Of a stretch of DNA of 64,000 nucleotides, positions 14,750 to 27,062 are shown piece by piece. Each line of letters starts with the position of its first letter. Within the stretch, counting starts at the first letter, position 1. Position numbers and translations under genes: made by a program. The notes under the pieces were generated by a model. That model saw nothing but the letters and a program-made list of their open reading frames with translations. It was not told the DNA's origin and did no database searches. This stretch comes from the human T2T-CHM13v2.0 reference genome, Homo sapiens. The stretch is taken from NCBI RefSeq assembly GCF_009914755.1, contig NC_060928.1; one strand, written 5' to 3'.

Positions 14750-17473
14750 TGTATTAGTCCATTTTGCATTGCTATAAAGAAATGCCTGAGACTGGGTAAT
14801 TAATAAAGAAAAGAGGTTTATTTTTATTCATGGTTCTGTACAGGAAGCAGAGTGTCAGCATCTGCTTCTGGTGAGACCTCAGGAAGCTCCCAATCAAGGT
14901 GGAAGATGAAAGGGGAGCATGTATATCTTATAGCCAGAGAGGAAGCAAGAGATATACTGATAACGGTTTGGATCTGTGTCCCCACCCAAATCTCATGTTG
15001 AAATGCAATCCTCAGTGCTGGAGGTGGGGCCTGGTGGGAGGCAATTGGATCATTTTCTCATAGTTTAATAACATTCCCCTTTGGTGGTGTTGTCACAATA
15101 GCAAGTTTCTGTGAGATCTGGTTGTTTAAATGTGTGTGGCACCTCCCCTCTTTCTCTCGATCCTGCTCCTGCCATGTAAGACGCTGGCTCCCACTTTGTC
15201 TTCCTCTAAGAATGAAAGTTTCCTGAGGCCTCCCCAGAAGCAGAAGCCACTATGTATCCTATATAGACTGCAGAACTGTGAGCCAGTGAGACCTCTCTTC
15301 TTTATAAATTAACCAGTATCAGGGAGTTCTTTAGATCAATGTGAGTACAGATTAACACAGAAAATTGGTACAGAGGTGTGGGGCATTGCTGTAAAGATAC
15401 TTGAAAATGTGGAAGCAGCTTTGGAGCTGGGTAAAAGGCAGAGGCTGGAAGAGTGTGGATTGCTCAGAAGAAGTAGGAAGATGAAGGAAAATTTAGAACT
15501 TCCTAAAGACTTGTTAAATTGTGACCAAAATGCTGATAGTGATATGGACAATGAAGTCCAGGCTGAGGAGGTATCAGATGTAAATGAGGAGCTTGCTGGA
15601 AACTTGGGTGAAAGTCACTTTTGCTGTGCTTTAGCAAAGAACCTGGCTGCATTTTGCCCCTGCTCCAGGGATCTGTGGAACTTTGAACTTGAGAGTGTTG
15701 GATTAGAGTAACTGGCAGAAGAAATTTCTAGGCAGCAAAGCTTTCAAGAGTTGGCTGTTTCTATGAGTCTATGCTTATATGTCTGAGCAAAGAAATTACC
15801 TAAAACTGGAACTTATATTTAAAAAGGAGGCACAGTGTAAATGTTTGGAAACTTTGCAGCCTGACCATTTGGTAGAAAAGAAAAGCCCATTTTGAGGGAA
15901 GGAATTCAAGCTGGCTGCAGAAATTTGCAAAAGTAAAAAGGAGCCAAGTACTAATATCCAAGACAATGGGGAAAAGGCATCCAGGGCATTTCAGAGATGT
16001 CTGCAGCAGCCCCACCCATGACAGGCCCAGAGGCATAGGAGGACTAACTGGTTTATTGGATAGGCCCTGAGCCCCACTGCCATGCACATCCAGCCACTGC
16101 AGCTGTGGCTAAAAGGGGCCAAAGTACAGCTGGGGCTGCTTCTTCAGAGGGTGCAATCCATAAGCCTTGGCAGCTTCTATGTGGTGTTAAGCCTGCATGT
16201 ATGCAGAGTGCAAGAGCTGATGCTTGGAAGCCTCTGCCTAAATTTCAGAGGATGTATGGAAAAGCCTGGGTGCCCAGGCAGAAGCACCCAGAAGGAACAG
16301 AGCCCTCATGGAGGACTTCTATTAGGGGAGTATGAAGGGAAAATATGGGGTTGGTGCCCCCACTGGGGCACTGCCTAGTAGATCTGTAAGAAGGGAGCCA
16401 CCATCCTCCAGACCCCAGAATGGTGGATTTACCAGCAGCTTGTGTTCTGCTCATGAGAGCAGCCACAGGGGCTAAACTCTGCAAAGCCACAGAGGCAGAG
16501 CTGCCTAAGACTTTGGGAGCTGTGATGGTTAACAGGAGCCTATCCCTCACACCACTGTGCCCTGGATAAAGACATGGAGTCAATGGAGATTATTTTGGCG
16601 CTTTAAGGTTTCAGACTAGTATGGGGTCTGTAGCCCCTTTCTTTTGTATGATTTCTTTCCTTTGGAATGGGAATATTTACCCAATCCCTATACTTCCACT
16701 GTATCTTGGAAGTAACTAACTTGTTTTTTATTTTACAGGCTCATAGGCAGAAGGGACTTGCCCTGTCTCAGGTGAGATTTTGGACTGTGGACTTTTGAGT
16801 TAATGTTGGAATGAGTTAATACTTTGGGGGACTATTAGGAGATTGTATTTTGCAATGTGAGAAGGACAGGAGATTTGAAAGGGGTCAGGGGTGAAATAAT
16901 ATTGTTTGGATCTGTGTCCCCACCCAAATGTCATGCTGAAATGTAATCCCCAATACTAGAGGTGGGGCATGGTGGGAGATGATTCAATCACTGGGGCAGC
17001 TTCTCATAGTTTAACACATTCCCCCTTGGTGCTGTCATCACCAATATGGAGTTCTTATGAAATCTTATTTCTTAAAAGTGTACGGCACCTATTCTCTCTC
17101 TCTCGGTCCTGCTTCTGCCATGTAAGATGCCTGCTCCTTTGCTCAACCACTATGAGTAAAAGCTCCCTGATGCTTCCTCAGAAGGAGAAGTTGCTGTGCA
17201 TCCTGTATAGCCTGAAGAACCATACACCAATTAAACCTCTTTATAATTTACCCAGTCTCAGGTATTTATAGCAATGTGAGACCAGACTAATACAGATGCC
17301 AAGCTCTTTTAACCAACCAGCTCTCATATGAATTCATTACCAAGGGGAGGACACCAAGCCATTCATGAGGGATCCACACCATGACTCAAGCACTTCCCAT
17401 CAGGCCCTACCTCCAACACTGAAGATTACATTTCAACGTGGATTTGGAGGGAACAAACATCCAAACCCTATAA
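14750..17473 (-). mobile_element. MSTB-like solo LTR split in two (14750-14957 and 17295-17473)
   Basis: The two halves join into one LTR; perfect TSD aatat at 14745-14749 and 17474-17478. Confidence 0.88.
14958..17294 (+). mobile_element. Two-LTR MST (MSTA/B) MaLR provirus
   Basis: 5' LTR 14958-15359, internal 15360-16896 (starts gaaaattggtac, ends in purine tract), 3' LTR 16897-17294. Confidence 0.92.
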
Positions 17474-17911
17474 AATATGTTCTGGAGATCTTATGTATAG
17501 CATGGTGACTATAGTTAATAATAAGGTACTGGGTACATGAAATTTGCTAAGAAAGTAGATCTTAAATGTTCTCAACACCAAAAAATAAATAAATAAATAT
17601 GTGAGTAGATCAAAATGTTAATCAGCTTGTAGTAATAATTTTGCAGTATATACATGTATCAAAACATCATGTTTTCCACCTTAAACATATCAAATTTTGA
17701 TTTCCTTATTTTATCTCAAAAAGGGGAAAAATCCTAAAATATTGAGGAGACCTAATGATTTCCGTCTATGGTTTTCTGTTCAAACATTCATCCATAAGTT
17801 TATTCAACAAATATTTATTGGTGTTTATTCCATTGCAATACAGTGTAAGGCTTTTAGGATTCCATAGTGAAATAAACATAGTCCCTGCTTCAGGATACTT
17901 TATCAGTATTG

Positions 17912-18200
<289 letters not shown>

Positions 18201-20376
18201 CTGGGAGACTTTGTTATGGTCTAATGAGAAAGGAAGAGAGACATGAAAAGACAAAAAACAGTGCACAGGTGCAAGGGGACAGGCATCAGGATGAAGCTAA
18301 GTGTGCAGTGAGTGGAAAACACACAGCTGAGCTAAGCACCTGGCCTGGGCCATGGAAGTCCTTGTCGGCTGGCCAGAGGTGGTGATGTCAATTTTGAGGA
18401 TCAAAGGATGAATGGGCATGTTTTGAGTGGATCAGGGAATAAAAGGATATTGAAACCACAGAGAAAAAACAAGTGCGAATTTCAGAGGCTGAGAGAGCAT
18501 GGCCTATTTATGAAATGGCAACAAGCTTAATTTTTTTCAGACTGTTACAAGAGGAGTTGGGATAATAGCAGTAGAGAAAGACGGAGTGGTGACCAAGGCG
18601 CAGGTCACGAAGTTACCTCTTCATGGAGGGAATCTGTCTTTTTCTGATGAGAAAGGGGACCCAGCCATGCAGAGGAGTGACTGGATCAGGTCTGAGAGTC
18701 ATAATGATGAATGGGGAGAGTACAAGAGAAGGGAGAGGGCTGCAGGAAGCAGGATTTCCCATGCCTGGCTCCACCGTGCCCAGTCGATTTCTCCACCGCC
18801 CTCACTCCATTTTCTACTTCCCACATGCTCTGGGCTGATGCTCTGTAGGATATGGGAGTTGACAGAACTCTAAGAATAAGAAAATGCTCCACTGGCAGTC
18901 AGGCAATGTCCATCCAGATCAGGGTTTCTTTGGTTCCAGAACTGGGCAAAGCTGGACTCAAACACAGAGCCCCCAGATAACTCTGCATGTGGAATATCCT
19001 AGACTAAAATCCAGTTGTGTTACCTCAGCCCCATCCTATCTCTTCTTCTGGCTTCTGTCTCCCCATCTATAAAATATACAGATTATTCTGCTCCTTAGAG
19101 AAGCCTTTCTTGATCACCAGGGCTCTCACACTAACCCGATTTATCGCATATCACTACTGAATTTATTTACATATCTTACCACTTACATCTCTTTAATAGG
19201 ACATTGTGTTTTTTTTAACTAACATATCTCTAGAATAAACAATAATGCCTAGCACATAATTAGTGCTCAGTAAGTATATATTGAATGAATGAGTGGATGA
19301 ATATATAAGCAAGGGATTACCATTGAAGAATATGGGGGCCACCAACTCAGAAAAGCAGAGATCTCCGAGGTCATGTGGACCGCGACCTTGGAGTTAAGCA
19401 GTTGGATTAGTCGGATTCAAGCCCAGATGTAAATTTCAGACCCTATGTTGTATTCCCTCCAGTACATGGTCTTGCTACTAACTCAAGTCATTTTCATTCT
19501 TTCTAAATTCAATCTCCTAATTTTCAAGAGAAAAAGAAAAATCTAGGGCTTACTGCCTGTGTTTGGTTGAGGAAATATGCATCATGAGAGTATGGATATG
19601 ATCATAGAGGGAGACACTGTAAAAACTCGGGAGTTCATTATCACTTTCCTTTGGTAGTCCAGCACAAGCACTTGTCAATTCTCACTTAACACTTATTTCA
19701 TTTTCTCCTTTCAACTGAGGGCAGGACAAAGTGTCTATTGTTGCAAGAGGGAATCATTGACTCCATTTCTTTCTCCCTGAAGATGGAATAAAGCACTCAG
19801 TTTCAAAGAAGTTCCTTAAGTGATTAGTGTCATTTCATGTAGTGCTTATAGAGTCCTGGATTGCAAACTTTTGAAAGCTGGAGAGACCCCTTGAACTTTC
19901 ATTTTTCTATTTCAAAATAAATGAAAGGGACAGCAACTTAATTCTTCACCAATAAAGTAAAATCCAACTCTGATTTGGTGATTGGGGAGCAAAATACCAT
20001 TCTCTCCTTTACATACACTATAATTTTATACATAATTCTCCACCCATGTACCCTCATCTTCATTTTCCTTACCTGGGATTGTGTGATGGAATAAGGTTAT
20101 GAATACATAGGAGTAGCCTGGTCCAAAGTGATAACTTTATGGCTGGCCATCCTCTGGGTCTGAGAACATTGTGCTCAGTCCAGCCTAAAAGCTTTACAAG
20201 AGTAACCCAAAATTCACACAATCAGCTGTGGTCTTCTTATACGGAGTTGTCCAATTTTGTAGTCTTCACTAAGGGAATGAACTGCTTTTGTGATTACCTG
20301 GTGGTAGATGTAGTAAATTAATTGGAATTAAAATTATAGTAGGAATTGTTGATTTATTAAATTATTGAAAATGTAC

Positions 20377-21220
20377 TGCAGTAGACAGTTTCAGGATTGA
20401 TACCCAATGATCCCCAACCTCTTGGTTTTCCCTCCTTGTGCATCACTTCCCTTCAGTATGGGCTGGACTTAACCCAGTGACTCACTTCTAACCAAAAGAA
20501 TATGGCAAGGATGATAGAATGCCACTTGCAAGGTTTAGTTATAAAATTTGTGACTTCAACCTATCTCTCTCTCTCTCTTGCTCTCTCTGACTCTTTTCAG
20601 TCTTATGAAGCAAGCTGCCTACAGAAATGTCCATGTGTCAGGAAACTGAAGCTGGCTCATGGTCAGCAGCCAGCAAGCTACAAAGGGCTTCCAACAGCCC
20701 ATAAAGCACTGAGTCCTGCCAAAAGCCACGTGCATGAGCTTAGAAGAGCTTCATCCTCCAGGTAAGCCTCAAGATGACTCAAGCTGCCCTCTCTACATCT
20801 TAAATACAGTCTTTCAAGGACACAAGTACGGGAACAATAGACACTATTGACTACTAGAGGGTGAAGGGAGAGGGGTGGGTTAACAAACTACCTACCTGGG
20901 TGGCAGGATCCGTACTCCAAATCTCATACAGAATACTCCTATGTAGCAAATCTGTACGTATACCCCCTGTTTCTAAAATAAAAGCTAAAATTAAAAAAAA
21001 CCACACACACACTTAGGCAAATTAATGATCTTGGCCATTGTAAATAGTGCTGCAATGAACATAGGAGTGAAGTTTAAAAACAAAAAGAAAACCTGGACCA
21101 AAGAACCCAGTTAAGCCCTGTCTAGATTCTTGACCCACAGAAATCGTGAGACAATAAATGTTGTGTCTAAAGTCACACAGTTTGAAGTGACTTGTCATGC
21201 AGCCATAGATTACTATTACA
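20377..21220 (+). mobile_element. MLT1E/F-like LTR interrupted by an L1P 3' end (~20817-21000)
   Basis: cccaatgatccc...gacccacagaaatcgtgagacaataaatg; inner ggacacaag...ctaaaataaaagct...A tail. Confidence 0.7.
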
Positions 21221-22060
21221 GATGCTTTTTCCCAAAGGAATTATCCAAAGAACTGCCATAATCAATGAAAACTCAGTAAACTGACTAAATAGCACATGTA
21301 TATTCAGCAAAAAACTGGATTTAAAAATCTTCATCAGAAAATATTCCATTAACCACAACCAAAAGAAGGAAATACTTAGGAGCATTTTTAACAAGAAATA
21401 TGCAGGGCCATTTGTGGAAAACTATAAAATATTACTGAGAAATATAAGATAATACTTGAATTACTAGGATAGAGATCATATTTCTGAGTTAGAAGACGTA
21501 AAGACTCTAAACTATTATTTCTTTTCAGATAGCTCTAAATTAGAGTGCATTTCTATCAAAATCATGACAGATTGTCTACTTAACTGGAAAAGATTAATCC
21601 AAATTTATCTTGTAAAAAATAAGTATGCAAAAATAGCAGATAATTGTTTTGAAACAGAAGTCTTATGTGGGAGAATTAATCTTATCAGATATTAAAATAC
21701 TATAAAGCTACAAAATAAAAAATCTGTATAATTTTGACCCAAGCCTAAAAAGAGAGATGAAGCAAAGTATAAATATCAGAAATATGCTCCCTAAATATTA
21801 ATAATTTTACATGTAATATAAAAATATTAAATACTTTTATTTAATAATCAATACATCAATATATTTATTTAATAATTTAATTGTTAAATATGTTTATAAA
21901 GTTACATGTATTCATGTATTAACTCTTTTCAGAATTAAAAAAACACATACCACCCATCAATCACATACCACCTTACAACTACTAACATAATAATCATTAA
22001 ATACATTTTAAAATATACTTTCTAAAAACTAAGGGAGAACAGCAGCTCAAATCTCTAGAG

Positions 22061-22224
22061 CAGTGGTTTTTAAACTTTAGCAAAAATAAGAATCACAAAG
22101 AGCTTTCAGAAATACAGGTTTCCAGCTTACCCTGAGAGATTCTGAGTTACTCCTGCTTATTTTAACAAGAACATCTGATCATTCTGATGATGGAAATCTA
22201 AAGATCATACTTTGAAAATTACTG
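22061..22224. mobile_element. MER5-type hAT MITE
   Basis: Terminal inverted repeats cagtggttttt.../...aaaattactg. Confidence 0.7.
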
Positions 22225-24594
22225 CTGTAGGAGCAGAAGTTCCTTCTAATCCCAAAAAGGTTGGATGAAATAAAAAGGAGTGAATGAAATAAAAAAGACT
22301 TTTAATGTAAATTAAAGCAAAGAAACCTATGGTATATAAAATGATCATGCAAATGTATTACTGAGACAGCATATTTATAACAAATACGGCAGAAAGTTTT
22401 ATCAATAATGAATAGACAGCTCAAACAGATCAAGAAAATGTACTTGGAAGTTTACAGATAAATCAGAAAAGAATAGCTCTTCCGTAGTAGAAATGTATTT
22501 GTTTAAAAAACAATGAGAATATGTTTAAATCTAACAGTAATCAAAGTCATGCAAAATTAAAATCATCACAATGAAATTTCATTGCTTAAATACATTTGCA
22601 AAGATTTTTTTGAAATGTCAGTATGAAATGCTTTCAAGTGTGCTGAAAGATGACAAAATCTCATGCATTGCTAATTTTTGTGTAAATTGTTGCCACCCCT
22701 TGGGAGAGCATCCAGCAATATGTATCATAAGCTTTATAAATATCCATAATATTTGAATCAATAGTTCCATTTCTAAAATGTACCCTTAAAAAGAGAGTGT
22801 ATAAACATATTCATCACATTATTTGTAATTGCAAAAATCTTGAAAGAGCTTAAATGTCAACAAAGATGGTTGATTACGCATATCCTTTTATTTTTAGCCC
22901 TAAAAATTATGTTTGAATATGAATGTTATATTATGAAAATTTCTTGTCCTAAAATGACAACTCGAAGTAGAGCATCGAATTGACTGTAGTGTTAAATATG
23001 CATAAATGAGATATATGATTTTATATTTTAGATATTAATGTGTTATATATTTTAATCGTAGCTTATATAGCATATATAAAAAAATCTATAACTAAGAATT
23101 CTGTATGCTTTGACCCCATACTGAAATAAAATTTCAAAATTTAATCCTCACAGCCCTATTGCACAGGTACTGTTAATACGCTAACCTTGTCAAAACATGC
23201 TTTCAGCAGAGTCAGACAGCTGCTAGGTATCGGGCTGGGATTTGAGTCTTGTTTCCCTCAAACCAAAGCCCATACTCTTAAGTTCTGCTTTTGGACTTAT
23301 GCCTTTAAAAGAAGTGGAAGAAAATGTACAGCCAAATCATACTAATGACTATCTTTGGGTGATAGGACTAAGGATAATTTATTATTACCGTCATCATTAT
23401 CATCCTATCTTCACACATTTTTACATTTGATTTGATGAATGTATATTAATTATTATGATGTATTATGAGAAAATAAGCAAAACTAAAATAAACAAAACTA
23501 AAGAAAATATAACTCTCTTTAAAAATTGATTTCTTTGCTAGGCATATGAGGGAATATAAACAAAATATCACTTGCTCCAACAAAATTGATAGAAGGGGTG
23601 AAATTTGCATGGTGTCTCCTGGGGTACAAGGTTTTCGGGCACAGTAGTCCCTTCTCTACACACATTTGTCCTAAGGTCTCACTTCTCTGGCCTGTTTTGA
23701 CAAATGTACAATGAGATAGTTCAATTAGATGATTTCCAGAATGCCTTCCAACTCTCTCACCCCAGAATTCAAATAGTATGAGTTAAGCACTAATATTTAT
23801 TTCCCCAATAGAAATCCATCTGGGGTCCCAACAATCACATGCCTATTTTTCTAGGCACGTTTAGAAAATGTGTTGAGATCTACTATGCAAAAGTGGTTTC
23901 CCTTCTGTCTTCCACAAATTAAAAACAAAAAATTTAAAAATTAAAAAGTTAAAAAAGAGGCATACCCAGAGTCCTAATTGATCACTCCCTCCAGAAGCCA
24001 GACTGACAGCTGCCTGTGGGAACCTCCATGTCTATCCTCACTGGGGTCACTGGGCTGCCATGGTGGATTTCAGAGACTTGCAGGATCCAGTGGTTTCCTA
24101 TTCACTCCGTACACAAGCAGGGAGCTCCTACTAAGAAACACATTCTGTGCTAGGTGCAGGGGTTGGAGAACTTTCTCAACTATGGCTTAGACATTCCTGT
24201 GAATATTCTGCCTCTGACTCCCTCAGTGTTTGTTGGACATGTCTTCCTTGCAGTTAGATGGACAGCGCTTTGGATCCCAGTTCTGAACTTTACTAGCTAC
24301 GTGACTTAAGTCCCTCAGCACCTCTGAACATCACAGCCCAACATTTATTTGTGAAGGGAATTTTCATGTAAATTTACAGTCCAAACATACTCAACTAGAC
24401 TTCACATGTCTTACATTTACTCACACTACTAGCCAACATCTCAGCTTTGAAGACACAGATACACTTTAAAGACTCCAAATGGACAATCTCTTTGGCATTT
24501 GATGGACTCTTCCCTGACAAGCTATTATTGTGATTTTAAGGAATTCCCTTTCATCTTTCTAGAATGACTCTAAATGGGACTCTCATTAAAATAG

Positions 24595-25245
24595 AAGCCT
24601 TACATCTCAATCACAACTTGTCCTTCTCCCTCTTTGTACATGAAAATAAAGAAAATGCCTTGGGAGGTCCTGCTCCCAAAGCACGGAGAGAAAAATAGGC
24701 AAGTGGCATATTACAGCCAGCAACGAGACATGGTGGCTAATAGCCTACATCCATGTATGAGAGTGATTTTGGCTCCTGCACTGCTTTCAAGGACAGTTGA
24801 GGAAATTGTTATGGGTTCTCCACTTACTGTTCATGTGCCACATTCCATAGAAGCTCTCCTAAACTCTCATTACTCTCAGCATTATTCTGAGTAGATTCGC
24901 CTCTGATAAGCTTCTTTTATGATCTCCCTCTCATGTCACCATCTCTCATTGTAGCAACCTTAACCCCACTACCCTTTTCCTTTTGCCTCTCCCTTGTAAC
25001 GAGATGCCTCACGACTGTAACACCTTGACCATCCCACTTCTTACCTCTAGGCAAGATCTTCAAGAAATGCCAATAGAAAACACTGGCTTGCTTTGGTTCA
25101 ATGGTGACTCGTATTTAAGGAATGAATCAAGAAAATATTGTGCTGGCTATGCAGAAGTGTCTTTAACTGAGATAGTTGAAGATAATCCATTACCAGGGAT
25201 AGCTTCTGCCCAGCAAGCAAAATTGATCGTCCTAACCAGATCCAC
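24595..25245 (+). mobile_element. Class I ERV pol remnant (RT connection plus RNase H N-terminus)
   Basis: Translates to FSLFVHENK, VAYYSQQ, LTVHVPHSIEALL, WFNGDSY (~WFTDGS), SAQQAKLIVLTR (~SAQxAELIALTRA), with stops and frameshifts. Confidence 0.85.
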
Positions 25246-26479
25246 AAAAAAATAAAATTAAAAAAAAAAGCCAAACATAGTCAGTGTTTCTCCTTTGTGC
25301 CTATTTCTATTTCTAGAGGGCATGCATAAAATGCCAAGTGGGAGAATAGCAGATCGGGAGCAAGTTCAAAAAGGAAGCCCTGAGTTCTGTTCTAGTCACG
25401 TCCAGTTTGCGATACTTATGAGGAAATAGAAGTGGAAAGGTTGAGTGGACAGTGTGAAGCTCTGGATCTAAAGCTGGAGTCATCAGCGTATAGATGGGTT
25501 CTGAAACTGGTGGAGACCGAGATCACCTAGAAAAAAAATACACAAAGATGAAAGTACCCAGGATAAAAAAATGTCTTGAGAAACTCCAATATTCAACTAC
25601 AGGATTGAAGAGCAGAGTATACAGAATGTGGACATAGAAAGGGCAATAAAAGAGTAGAAACAAAAAGGAATAGATGTCACAGCCTCCAAAGAAAGACAAA
25701 ATTTCAAGGAGATTTGGTCTTGTCAGCCATTATTGATAGGCCAAATAAATGAAGACTAAAAACTGTTTTTTAGATTCTGCCACAAAGATGTTAAATCAGA
25801 GTCTTGGTAGAAAGCTAATGTTCTTTGTCTCACATAGTACTCCTCTTTACTGGGAACTGTTTCCTTCCCCCTGTGCCTTTTTGAAACTCTCCTCTCCTCC
25901 CTACTCCATCTATGTGGTTACTCTGGGAGATGTCCATTGGTATAACTGCATCCCATCCTTTGGCCACAGGGCCTTGAAACAAGGCTAAGCCCCTGGCCCA
26001 AAACCATGACAACGAAATAGCTTAACTGGCAATTGAGAATTAAATGAATATTATAGTTAAGTCCGGCTGCTGTTTGAATTGAAGAGAAGTAAACCAAAAG
26101 AGGGTTGACTGTGGCCATTATGCTCCATCCAGACAATAGAAAAGAAAAAGCCTGTCTTCAGCAAGAAGAATGTATGATGGTATATGAGTTTCTAAATTCA
26201 ACTATTTCCATGTTTTATCTTCTTTCTAGTCTTGATTTCCATAAATCATTTTTGTCTCAGCTAGTTAAAGTTGGATTTTATTATTTGTAATAAGAGTATT
26301 TTGAACAAATACATGAATTGATAACTATCACATATCATATATTATAAAAAGGGTACACACTGTTTAATCCCCTTTAACCATGACAATAACCCTATTATCA
26401 CCCATATTATAAATGGGGAACCTCGGGCACCTAGCAGTCAAGTAACTTATTTAAAGTCACACAGCCAGTGGGTAGTAGA

Positions 26480-27062
26480 TGTTGGTGCCAAGTGAATTTC
26501 CCCTCCACCCTTGGAAAGTTCACTGAAAAATCAACTCACAGTAAGGCAGATTAATAAGAGAAAAGTCTTTACAAATATATTGCTACCATGTGCACAGAGA
26601 GAATTACAGGGTAATTGCCTAATATTTCAATGGGGTACAGATGGTGATATATCCTCTGTAATACATGGGGAAATGTGCATGATTTTAGGAGGATAGTAAA
26701 TGATTTTTAGTGGGATTCAATGGGTCTGAAAGCATACAGTGGTCTGGGGCAAAGTCTATTGGGCTTGCAGAGTGAACAATGGTTTGTGACAAAGTCTATC
26801 CATGTTTGTTGAAAGACTTCAGTCTTCTTTCCTTCCTCAGTTAATGAACACTCAGGGAAGAGATGGAGGGTAATTGTTTTCTTCTTTGGCAGGTCCTGAC
26901 CTTAGGTAAACACAAAAACTTCAGATAACAACTTTATCCCATGCTTAGGGAGAGGTGGTGGGTGAGCAATACGGGCAGAGCCAGAGAGACCTTGAGGTCT
27001 CTTTTACAATTCAGCATCTACAAAGCACCATATCCTGCGGTATTGGTTTCTGAGCCCCAACA
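26480..27062 (-). mobile_element. ERV1 solo LTR (MER39/MER34-like) inserted in a MIR
   Basis: Reverse strand starts tgttggggctcagaaaccaatacc; TG...CA ends. Confidence 0.75.

Larger units (their letters stand above)
12310..17730 (+). mobile_element. Old L1 (L1MA-type) ORF2 remnant and 3' UTR, internally deleted, hosting nested LTR elements
   Basis: Degenerate ORF2 segments at 12310-13609 and 13978-14749; 3' UTR at 17474-17730; a second L1MA 3' end at ~14205-14510. Confidence 0.85.

Noticed and set aside
10348-16583. Similar ORFs at 10348-10713 and 15376-15711 as a paralogous gene pair
   Set aside because: Both are MaLR internal-region remnants
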